A DNA stretch of 64,000 nt from Dehalococcoidia bacterium (GTDB lineage Bacteria; Chloroflexota; Dehalococcoidia; Lucifugimonadales; JAGWBF01), in contig CBDFKU010000013.1 in NCBI GenBank assembly GCA_965248975.1, positions 8,723 through 72,722 of the forward strand, written 5' to 3'. The notes under the pieces were generated by a model that worked only from the letters and a program-made list of their open reading frames with translations, was not told the DNA's origin and ran no database searches. Within the stretch, counting starts at the first letter, position 1, and every line of letters begins with the position of its first letter. Made by a program: the position numbers and the translations under genes. Below, in pieces: positions 56,715 to 64,000 of this stretch.

Positions 56715-57089
56715 ATGTCCACCTCCAGGGGCCGGTTGGGTGTCTGGGGAGAGAAGGCGGCCAGGGAATACCTGGAAGCAAAAGGATACCGCATCGAGAC
56801 CACCAATTTCCGTTGCTCTTGGGGAGAGGTGGATATCATCGCCTGGGACGGGGACCGGCTCGTCTTCGTGGAAGTGCGTACCCGCCGTGCCCCTGAGAAC
56901 TACGGTTCGCCCCGGGAATCCCTCTCAGCACGGAAGAAGGAGAGGCTGGTTGCCACTGCCGAGACTTATCTCCAGGGATTGACCGCTCCGCCGGAGGAGT
57001 GGCGTATCGATCTCGTCGGGATCCGGATTAACGGCCAGGGAGACATGGAGCCTCCGGAGCACATCGAGAACGCCGTCCAGCTCGAGTGA
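56715..57089 (+). CDS. YraN-family (UPF0102) predicted endonuclease
   Basis: GEKAAREYLEAKGYRIETTNFRCSWGEVDIIAWDGDRLVFVEVRTRR is the family signature. Usual rnhB-yraN adjacency. Confidence 0.85.
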   Translation: MSTSRGRLGVWGEKAAREYLEAKGYRIETTNFRCSWGEVDIIAWDGDRLVFVEVRTRRAPENYGSPRESLSARKKERLVATAETYLQGLTAPPEEWRIDLVGIRINGQGDMEPPEHIENAVQLE

Positions 57090-57171
57090 TATCTGCGTTG
57101 ACTGAGCGCTCCAGCATCTCTACCTAGGCGGTCCATACAGTTCCCAGATGATCGTTGAGAGGACATTGTGA

Positions 57172-57573
57172 ATGTTGCGCAGGGTAGGTGGAGTAGCACT
57201 CGTCTCTTGGATGGTTGTGGAGGTGACGTGGAGCGCAACTCTTGGCTATACAACGATCATCATCTATGAAGACGGGGAATTTATCGGCCCCCAATGGATG
57301 GCCATATATACCGCCCTGTTTGCTACAGGGGCTCTCACCGGAGTCGTAGCCGCCATACTAACGTTCATCGGGTCACGAGTAGCCCCCCCTATCTTCCTGA
57401 TGGCCGGCACCTTGAGCCTCCTTTCGATTATCCCTGGCTATACCTTCTCGTGGACAGGATTCTCGGGGTTTGGGACTGCCTTCTTCGTAGGGTTCGTGCT
57501 CACCCCTTCAATCATCGCAACAACCATCCTATCCACCACAGCGGTCGTCCTTCTTCGATCCAGCCGAAGATAA
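57172..57573 (+). CDS. hypothetical integral membrane protein (4 TM segments)
   Basis: Hydrophobic segments only; no recognisable family. Confidence 0.5.
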   Translation: MLRRVGGVALVSWMVVEVTWSATLGYTTIIIYEDGEFIGPQWMAIYTALFATGALTGVVAAILTFIGSRVAPPIFLMAGTLSLLSIIPGYTFSWTGFSGFGTAFFVGFVLTPSIIATTILSTTAVVLLRSSRR

Positions 57574-57648
57574 AAGGGATATGCGTATGCTATCTGTGCC
57601 GGACCGGCGTATGCTAAAATTTGCTAAAGCTCTGTAAGGGACAACTAT

Positions 57649-58002
57649 ATGCCTCTGTACGAATATCGATGTCAGGACTGCCGCCGTCGCTCTACCGTCC
57701 TGGCCCGCACCATGTCCGGCACAGAAGAGCCCTCCTGCCAGCACTGCGGCGGCGGAAACCTGACCCGCCTGATCTCCAAGTTCTCCTTCCGCCGGTCATG
57801 GGGAGAGAGCCTCGACTGGGCGCCCGACTCCGGGTACCCCGACGAGGCAGACCAGGAAGACCCCAAGAAGATGGCTCAGTGGATGAGAAGGATGCAGAAG
57901 GAGATGGGTGACGAGGTGGGGCCTGAGTTCGACCAGATGGTGGACGAGCTGGAGTCGGAGGCGTCGGACCACGATCATGGAGACGGCATAGACGACGACT
58001 GA
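57649..58002 (+). CDS. FmdB-family zinc-ribbon protein with an acidic C-terminal tail
   Basis: MPLYEYRCQDC...CQHCGG (CxxC...CxxC) N-terminal signature. Confidence 0.8.
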   Translation: MPLYEYRCQDCRRRSTVLARTMSGTEEPSCQHCGGGNLTRLISKFSFRRSWGESLDWAPDSGYPDEADQEDPKKMAQWMRRMQKEMGDEVGPEFDQMVDELESEASDHDHGDGIDDD

Positions 58003-58068
58003 GCCCTTCGCGGGAGACACTTCGATGCCAATCTGGTACCATCCCTGCCCGCCCCTGAGCCAATACCC

Positions 58069-59040
58069 ATGACTCTACCCTCTCCACTAGCGGAGGGGCA
58101 GGTCCAGGTCCTACGACAGGCCCTGCCGCCGCTTCTCGACACCTGCGTTGCCCTTCACATCGACGGCCCCGTCGTCGGCAGGCTCGGTGAGCTTCTCGGC
58201 CGCCTGGGCGTCTCCGATCAGGTTGCCGAGATGGCCACTCCATCCCCGTCGGCGCGACAGGCCCTGGACCTGGTCGCCGAGGCCGTGGGGTCGGCGAGCT
58301 TGCTGGTCTCCCTGGGGCACCGAGACGGAGCGGACCTCCTTCCTGTCCTAAACGAGGTCAAAAGTGCTCTGGGCCGAGAGCTTCGGAAGGGTCCCGGCGC
58401 CAGGGTTTACGGACTGTACGTGATCATCGATCCCGAGGTCACTGCTGGTCGCGACCCCCTGGAGGTCGCCCGAGGCGCGCTGAAGGGAGGGGCCAGGGTA
58501 GTTCAGCTGCGGGACAAGCTGACGGAGAAGGGCCAGACACTACCCCTGGCCAGGGCCCTGCGAGAGCTGTGCTCCGAGCGTAACGCCCTCTTCATCGTCA
58601 ACGACCACGCCGACCTGGCCGTCCTGGTAGGAGCCGACGGCCTTCACGTTGGGCAGGGAGACCTGCCAGTGTCGGAGGCCAGGCGGATACTGAAGCCCGA
58701 TCAGATCGTCGGACGCTCCAACCACCTGCTGGACGAGGTCGTGGAATCCCAACGCCAGGGCGCCGACCACGTAGCGCTGGGAGCCGTCTACCAGACCGCT
58801 ACCAAGGCCAGTATCGTCGACCGGACCACACTGGGCCCCGAGGCCGTGGACCGGGCCCGAAAGGCTGTCGACGTGCCTTTGGTGGCGATAGGCGGGATAA
58901 GCGAGGGGAACTTGGAGCCCGTCGTGAAGGCCGGGGCCGACGCCATATGCGTGACCGCTGCCGTGGGGCTGTCAGCCGATCCCGAGGCGGCAGCCGGTCG
59001 GTTGGTTGAAGGAATCCTTCGAGCAGGAGGTAAGGCCTGA
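58069..59040 (+). CDS. thiE: thiamine-phosphate synthase with an unassigned N-terminal extension of about 110 aa
   Basis: The ThiE core starts at LYVIIDP and continues VVQLRDK, FIVNDHADLA, DGLHVGQGDL, VALGAVYQTATK, VAIGGI. No start codon lies near the core, so the extension (at least from ATG 58231) appears to be real. Confidence 0.75.
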   Translation: MTLPSPLAEGQVQVLRQALPPLLDTCVALHIDGPVVGRLGELLGRLGVSDQVAEMATPSPSARQALDLVAEAVGSASLLVSLGHRDGADLLPVLNEVKSALGRELRKGPGARVYGLYVIIDPEVTAGRDPLEVARGALKGGARVVQLRDKLTEKGQTLPLARALRELCSERNALFIVNDHADLAVLVGADGLHVGQGDLPVSEARRILKPDQIVGRSNHLLDEVVESQRQGADHVALGAVYQTATKASIVDRTTLGPEAVDRARKAVDVPLVAIGGISEGNLEPVVKAGADAICVTAAVGLSADPEAAAGRLVEGILRAGGKA

Positions 59041-59687
59041 TGGCCACATCCCACTCAGCAGACCTATCGTCGGTGGCGGAGCAGGCTTTGCGGGAGCTCT
59101 CCGCCAAGCACGAGGCAAGGGAGCGGGGGCTCCGGATATCCCGGGAGGTGATCCGCCTCTCGGCCAACGCCATCCGGGCCGTCCACCGCCAGGATTTCCA
59201 GGCGGCAAAGGATCTGATCGGCAAGGCCGATGCCAGCCTCAGGGAGTCCAGCGAGAATCTGAAAGAGTGGCCCGAGATCTACTACGCCGGCTTTCTCTCG
59301 GATGCGCGGAAGGAGTACACCGAGGCCTGCGTCACCCTGGCTCTCATATCCGAGCAGGGCATCCCTCGGTCGGGCGAGATCGGGGTCGAGATGGCGCCCT
59401 ATCTCAACGGTATGGCCGAGGCCATTGGGGAGCTGCGTCGGTTTATCCTGGACTCCCTGCGGAGGAACGACGTCCAGCGATGCGAAGCGCTGATGGACGT
59501 GATGGACGAGATCTACGGCATCCTGGTAACGGTGGACTTTCCCGAGGGAGTCACCGGGGGCCTGAGGCGCAACACCGACGCGATGCGGGGTGTGCTGGAG
59601 AGGACCCGTGGAGACCTGACCATGGCTCTGAGGCAGCGGCAACTGGAGCAGAAGCTGGCCGCCCTGGACCGCAACGTCGGGGCGTAG
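59040..59687 (+). CDS. translin-family protein
   Basis: Helical protein with translin-like motifs (REVIRLSANAIRAVHRQDF..A, YLNGMAEAIGELRR). Its ATG overlaps the thiE stop (TGATG). Confidence 0.6.
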   Translation: MATSHSADLSSVAEQALRELSAKHEARERGLRISREVIRLSANAIRAVHRQDFQAAKDLIGKADASLRESSENLKEWPEIYYAGFLSDARKEYTEACVTLALISEQGIPRSGEIGVEMAPYLNGMAEAIGELRRFILDSLRRNDVQRCEALMDVMDEIYGILVTVDFPEGVTGGLRRNTDAMRGVLERTRGDLTMALRQRQLEQKLAALDRNVGA

Positions 59688-59806
59688 GAAAGAGCTATGA
59701 GTTCAGCGAGATGCCCCACTTCTTAGCGAGGTCTTCTATCTTTTCCGGCGACATCGATGACAGTCCCTTTTTTCATAGCAAAGGCCATTCTTACTCGCTC
59801 TCACAC

Positions 59807-61393
59807 TTATTCCTCGCTCGGCGCTCCCCAACCGCCTCCCCCTGGGGTCCGTATGCTGAGCACGTCGCCTGGCTCCACGTCAAGCACCTCCTTCCCAGAC
59901 AGCACCACTTCTTCGTAGCCGCCGCGCAGCAGTACGTTCTGTCCTCGCTCTCCGGGATGTCCCCCGTTCAGGCCCGGAGGCGCGAACCGGCGCCGCTCGG
60001 ACAGCACCGTGACTCTGGCCGGCGAGAGGAACTCCACGTCGCGGACTACCCCGTCCCCGCCGCGAAACTTCCCGGTCCCGCCGGTGCCCCGGCGTATGCC
60101 GTATCGCTGGAGGCGCATGGGGTAGACGAACTCCAGGGCCTCGACGGGTGTGTTCATGGTGTTGGTCATGTGGGTATGGATGCCCGAGACACCGTCCTTC
60201 GTAGGCCTGGCGCCCATCCCGCCGGCAATGGTCTCGTAGTATACGAAGGGCTTGTCCCTTACCGGGTCGTGGCCTCCGATCAGAAGGTTGTTCATAGTGC
60301 CCTGGCTGGAGGCCGGTATGAGCTCAGGCAGGGCCTGGGCCATGGCCCCAAACAGTACGTCGCAGAGACGCTGGGAAGTCTCCACGTTTCCCCCGGCCAC
60401 ACCTCGCTGAGGCCGGGGATTCACCAGCGACCCGTAAGGCGCCACCACCTTGACCGGGCGGAGGCACCCCTGATTGGGCGGTATGCCCGCCCCCACCACG
60501 CACTGGACGACGTATAGTACCGCCGATACTGTCACAGCCACCGGTGCGTTGATACAGCCGGGGCGTTCCTCGGAGGTACCAGTGAAGTCCACCTCCATGG
60601 AATCGCCTTCTATTGTGATGGCCGCCTGTATGGGCACGGGCTGGTCCGACAGACCGTCGTCGTCCATGTAGTCCAGATAGCGGTAGCAGCCGTCGGGTAT
60701 GCGGCCGATGGCTGCCCTGGTCAGCCGCTCCGAGTAGCCCAGGAGGGAATCCATGTGCTCGTGGGCGGTCGCCAGGTCATACCTGGACACGATCTCCCTC
60801 AGCCTCTCCTCTCCTACCCGAATGGAGGCGAACTGGGCCGCCAGGTCTCCCTTGCGCTCGTCGGGAGTCCGGGAGTTGCGGCAGATGAGCTGCACGACCT
60901 CCCGGTTGAGCCTGCCCCGGCGGGCCAGCTTCAGGGGCGGGATGATGGTGCCCTCCTGGTAGAGCTCGGTGGACAGGGGCAGTGAGCCCGGGGTCATTCC
61001 ACCGACGTCGGCATGGTGGCCGCGATTGGCGACGAAGCCCGCCAGTTTTCGCTCGCCGCTCCTGTCTACGAAAACGGGCGCCACGAGGGTGATGTCGGGG
61101 AGGTGTGTGCCGCCGAGGTAGGGATCGTTGAGGATCACCACGTCCCCGGGCCCGAAGGAGCCGGCGAAGTTGTCGATGGCTGCTTTCACCGAGGCGGGCA
61201 TGGCCCCAAGGTGGACGGGCACGTGGGCGGCCTGGGCCACCATCTGGCCTTCGGGGTCGAAGAGGGCGCAGGAGAAGTCCCGGCGCTCCTTTATGTTTGG
61301 CGAGTAGGCGGTGCGCTGAAGGGCCACGCCCATCTCCTCGCATACGGAGATAAACAGGTTCTTGAACACCTCCAGGCTTATGGCGTCAACCAT
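59807..61393 (-). CDS. hydantoinase B / oxoprolinase family protein
   Basis: [21 protein letters not shown]-terminus, [26 protein letters not shown] motifs. Confidence 0.85.
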   Translation of the reverse strand: MVDAISLEVFKNLFISVCEEMGVALQRTAYSPNIKERRDFSCALFDPEGQMVAQAAHVPVHLGAMPASVKAAIDNFAGSFGPGDVVILNDPYLGGTHLPDITLVAPVFVDRSGERKLAGFVANRGHHADVGGMTPGSLPLSTELYQEGTIIPPLKLARRGRLNREVVQLICRNSRTPDERKGDLAAQFASIRVGEERLREIVSRYDLATAHEHMDSLLGYSERLTRAAIGRIPDGCYRYLDYMDDDGLSDQPVPIQAAITIEGDSMEVDFTGTSEERPGCINAPVAVTVSAVLYVVQCVVGAGIPPNQGCLRPVKVVAPYGSLVNPRPQRGVAGGNVETSQRLCDVLFGAMAQALPELIPASSQGTMNNLLIGGHDPVRDKPFVYYETIAGGMGARPTKDGVSGIHTHMTNTMNTPVEALEFVYPMRLQRYGIRRGTGGTGKFRGGDGVVRDVEFLSPARVTVLSERRRFAPPGLNGGHPGERGQNVLLRGGYEEVVLSGKEVLDVEPGDVLSIRTPGGGGWGAPSEE

Positions 61394-61396
61394 GGG

Positions 61397-63415
61397 TCAT
61401 TCCTCCTTGCCTGGCGCACCGGCCCCATGGGTGATCATCAGGTTTCCCCAACGATCCACTTCCGCGACCCACCCGGGCGGGATCACCGTCGTGGAGTCCA
61501 TCTGGAGCACCATGGCAGGGCCAGTCATCCTGTTACCGCATAGCAGCCGCTCCCGAAGGTAGGAGGGTGCCTCGACCGGACCCTCCGGAAACACAACCGT
61601 CGCATCGCCGACCCGGGCTGCCTCGGGGTCCTCTCCGCTCCGCTCCTGCGGCTCGGGAAGGGGCTTGTCCACGGGCATCACCATCTTCATCCGGAGGTTC
61701 ACTACCTCCACGGGCTCGGACGGATCGGCGTAGCCGAAGCGCTGCCTGTGGGCCTTATGGAAGTCCCTTGAGATTCCCCGGCGCAAGTCCCGCCGGCCGG
61801 CGGGATAGTCCACCGTGAGCTCATAGGACTGGCCGACGTAGCGTACGTCCAGGGACCGCCTGGCGATGAACCTCTCAACTTCCAGCCCCTCACCGTTGAT
61901 ATCATCCCAGGCCTGCTGCTCCAGCCGGGCGAACTCCGCTTCCAGCCGCTCGCGGTCTACTTCCTGGTCCCTCACCATCACGGTCCTGGAGTAGTCCTTC
62001 ACGATGTCGGCGATAGCCACTCCCACGGCCGACATGATGCCCGGGTTGGGAGGGACCAGGACCCTGGGTATGCCAAGCTCCCTGGCCAGCTCGCAGCTGT
62101 GCATGGGGCCGGCGCCACCGAAGGGCACCAGGGTGAACTCTCTTGGGTCGTAGCCGCGCTCCAGGGATATGGCCCTGATGGCCCGCTCCATACTGGCATT
62201 CACCACCCGAATGATGCCCAGGGCCGTTTCCCGCGTCCCGGCCCCGATCTTGTTTGCCAGCGCTCCCATTAGCTCTTCGGCTCGTCCGTAATCCAGGGCC
62301 AGGCGTCCTCCCAAGAAGTGCTCGGGCTGCAACCTCCCCAGGACCAGATTCGCGTCGGTCACCGTTATCTCCTGGCCCTTGCCATAGCAGGCCGGGCCTG
62401 GATCGGCGCCCGCGGATTGGGGGCCTACCAGCAGGGCGCCTCCTTCATCCATTCGGGCTACGGAGCCGCCACCGGCGCCGACGCTGTGGATCTCGATCAT
62501 CGGGACGCTGACGGAAGACCCCCCCAGATTCGACGAGGTGGTCTCCTTGATCCTTCCGGGGCACAGCGAAACGTCGGTGGAGGTGCCACCCATATCCAGG
62601 GTGATGATCTGGTCGTAACCCGCCAGGGAGCCGGCGTGAAACGCACCTACCACCCCACCGGCGGGTCCACTGAGGACGGTGCGCACGGGTTGGTTCCCCG
62701 CCAGCGACGCTGTGATGCTTCCTCCGGAGGACTGCATCACCCTCAAGCCCTTGCCCAAGGCGTCCTCCAGATGGCCAAGGTATCTGGACATCAGTGGGCC
62801 GACGTAGGCGTTCACCGCTACCGTGCTGGTCCGCTCGTATTCGCGGAACTCAGGAAGCACCTGGCTCGATACGGACAGGAAGGGCCTTGGATCGAGGTTT
62901 TCAAGGGCCTCCCGCAGCATCTCCTCATGGAGGGGGTTGAGGAAGGAGAACAGCAGGGACACCGCCACCGACTCCACTTTCGCCTCGGCGATGGACGCCG
63001 CCAGTTCCGCCAGGTCCTCTTGCGATGGCCCCTGCAGGACAGTCCCGGTGTAGTCCACCCGCTCCTTGAGCCCGAACCGAAGCTCCCTGGGCACCAGAGC
63101 CGGCGGGCGCTCCAGCATCAGGTCGTACAGGTCGTCCCTGGCCTGCCGGCCTATCTCCAGGGTATCTTCGAAGCCCCGGGTTGTAACGAGGGCTGTCCGC
63201 CCTCCCCGGCGCTCCAGCAGTGCGTTGGTGGCCACCGTGGACCCGTGGACGAAGGTGGCGTCCTTGACCCCCAGCTCCCGGATCCCATCGAGGATGCTCC
63301 GGGACGGATCGTCAGGGGTGGATGGCAGCTTGTATACTTCCAACCGGCCGTTCTTCAGGACGGCGAAGTCCGTGAAGGTGCCACCCACGTCGACGCCGAC
63401 TATGATCTCCGCCAT
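61397..63415 (-). CDS. hydantoinase A / oxoprolinase family protein
   Basis: IVGVDVGGTFTDF, ITLDMGGTSTDV ASKHA-type motifs. Immediately upstream of the B subunit. Confidence 0.85.
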   Translation of the reverse strand: MAEIIVGVDVGGTFTDFAVLKNGRLEVYKLPSTPDDPSRSILDGIRELGVKDATFVHGSTVATNALLERRGGRTALVTTRGFEDTLEIGRQARDDLYDLMLERPPALVPRELRFGLKERVDYTGTVLQGPSQEDLAELAASIAEAKVESVAVSLLFSFLNPLHEEMLREALENLDPRPFLSVSSQVLPEFREYERTSTVAVNAYVGPLMSRYLGHLEDALGKGLRVMQSSGGSITASLAGNQPVRTVLSGPAGGVVGAFHAGSLAGYDQIITLDMGGTSTDVSLCPGRIKETTSSNLGGSSVSVPMIEIHSVGAGGGSVARMDEGGALLVGPQSAGADPGPACYGKGQEITVTDANLVLGRLQPEHFLGGRLALDYGRAEELMGALANKIGAGTRETALGIIRVVNASMERAIRAISLERGYDPREFTLVPFGGAGPMHSCELARELGIPRVLVPPNPGIMSAVGVAIADIVKDYSRTVMVRDQEVDRERLEAEFARLEQQAWDDINGEGLEVERFIARRSLDVRYVGQSYELTVDYPAGRRDLRRGISRDFHKAHRQRFGYADPSEPVEVVNLRMKMVMPVDKPLPEPQERSGEDPEAARVGDATVVFPEGPVEAPSYLRERLLCGNRMTGPAMVLQMDSTTVIPPGWVAEVDRWGNLMITHGAGAPGKEE

Positions 63416-63494
63416 CTGCGCGCCTACCTTAAATCGTAAAGCCCGGAGGCCCGGTCTATTATAGCACCGGCTCCGACAGCCATTACCTCAACGA

Positions 63495-63523
63495 TTGTGT
63501 CGGGCCCGAGTCTACCGTATAAT
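63495..63523 (+). promoter_or_regulatory. putative promoter TTGTGT-17-TATAAT
   Basis: Hexamers at 63495-63500 and 63518-63523, about 60 nt upstream of the 63585 start. Confidence 0.4.
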
Positions 63524-63584
63524 ACACAGTGGCGTTGATGCCGCCCATAAAGTCAAAACCAGATCAGCCACAGGAGGGACCGAG

Positions 63585-63809
63585 ATGGCACAGTCCAACC
63601 AGACAGAAGAGAAGTGCTCCCTGTGCGGCGGAACGGGACAGTACTCCAGTAGCCAGTGTCGCGCTTGTGGAGGCGCCGGGGCCGTGCTGGTCATGGTGCC
63701 GGCCACCAAGTGCTCGTTCTGCAGGGGCGAAGGCAAGAACGGCAACGACCGCTGTTGGCGCTGCTCGGGGTCCGGCTGGGCCCATGCCCGCAAGAAGGTA
63801 GCGGCATAG
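63585..63809 (+). CDS. 74-aa stand-alone DnaJ-type zinc-finger protein (four CxxCxGxG repeats)
   Basis: CSLCGGTG, CRACGGAG, CSFCRGEG, CWRCSGSG. ATG after AGGAGGG. Confidence 0.7.
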   Translation: MAQSNQTEEKCSLCGGTGQYSSSQCRACGGAGAVLVMVPATKCSFCRGEGKNGNDRCWRCSGSGWAHARKKVAA

Positions 63810-63916
63810 CCAGTCCGGTACGAAGACCGGCGCTCACAGGTGGGCTGGAAGGTAATATCGGGCCGGTATCGTGAACAGACGGACTGGTCTGGACGACATG
63901 AAAGCGGCTCTCTGGC

Positions 63917-63945
63917 TTGACACCCCGGTGGGCTGCTATTAGTAT
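63917..63945 (+). promoter_or_regulatory. putative promoter TTGACA-17-TAGTAT at the right window edge
   Basis: Hexamers at 63917-63922 and 63940-63945. The downstream transcript is cut by the window end. Confidence 0.4.
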
Positions 63946-64000
63946 ATCCGTGGACAAAAAATCACATAGGTTTTGACCCACCTTATCCAGAGAGGCTGAG

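Noticed and set aside
58003-58068. TPP riboswitch upstream of thiE
   Set aside because: The intergenic region is only 66 nt. It lacks the conserved GGGGUGC...GCUGAGA...ACCC...GAACCUGAUC elements.
59720-59806. Small minus-strand ORFs downstream of hyuB. One is MAFAMKKGTVIDVAGKDRRPR. An overlapping frame reads MSPEKIEDLAKKWGISLNS.
   Set aside because: They are only 19-21 codons, in two different frames, and need a frameshift to join. There is no recognisable family. They may be a remnant, but the evidence is too thin to annotate.

Overview
GC-rich bacterial chromosomal window with about 55 protein genes, one tRNA and two IS elements. All calls rest on reading the supplied translations and DNA by eye; no database search was run.

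Layout:
- 1-19 kb: a catabolic and redox block. It holds a TcuA-like flavoprotein with EtfBA and a HIBADH-family dehydrogenase. It also holds amidohydrolases, two unusual alpha/beta-hydrolase paralogs flanking a BNR propeller, and an MFS transporter. The rest are a nitroreductase, a D-aminoacylase-like enzyme, an epoxide hydrolase, an isochorismatase-like protein and a metallophosphoesterase.
- 19-26 kb: an ABC-2 export operon whose ATPase gene is reduced to its C-terminal stub, then an ABC-F ATPase and Tex.
- 26-33 kb: an accessory segment next to tRNA-Ser(CGA). It carries a PD-(D/E)xK plus RNase-H-like nuclease, a divergently transcribed AAA_16/TPR STAND-type NTPase, an IS110-family element and a 5'-truncated tyrosine integrase.
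- 33-43 kb: one giant surface-protein gene of about 2,796 codons. An IS1182-family insertion and one in-frame TGA break it into three ORF calls.
- 43-64 kb: mostly housekeeping genes. These are an LLM oxidoreductase, DUF1501-NHL-DUF1800, a CBS/CorC protein, glmU, a CPA2 antiporter, a cupin, MBL-rhodanese, mnmA, rnhB, YraN, thiE, translin, hydantoinase A/B and a DnaJ-type zinc-finger mini-protein.

Most notable:
1. The giant dockerin/metalloprotease/LVIVD-propeller/LamG gene can be reconstructed in frame.
2. The tRNA-linked island carries a nuclease plus STAND pair, a weak candidate for a defence module.
3. Two separate triple tandem GGA-containing repeats sit directly upstream of Shine-Dalgarno sequences.
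4. Two alpha/beta-hydrolase paralogs appear to have swapped catalytic residues.
5. Several independent gene-inactivating lesions are visible.

Many long ORFs in the six-frame track are high-GC shadow frames and were ignored.
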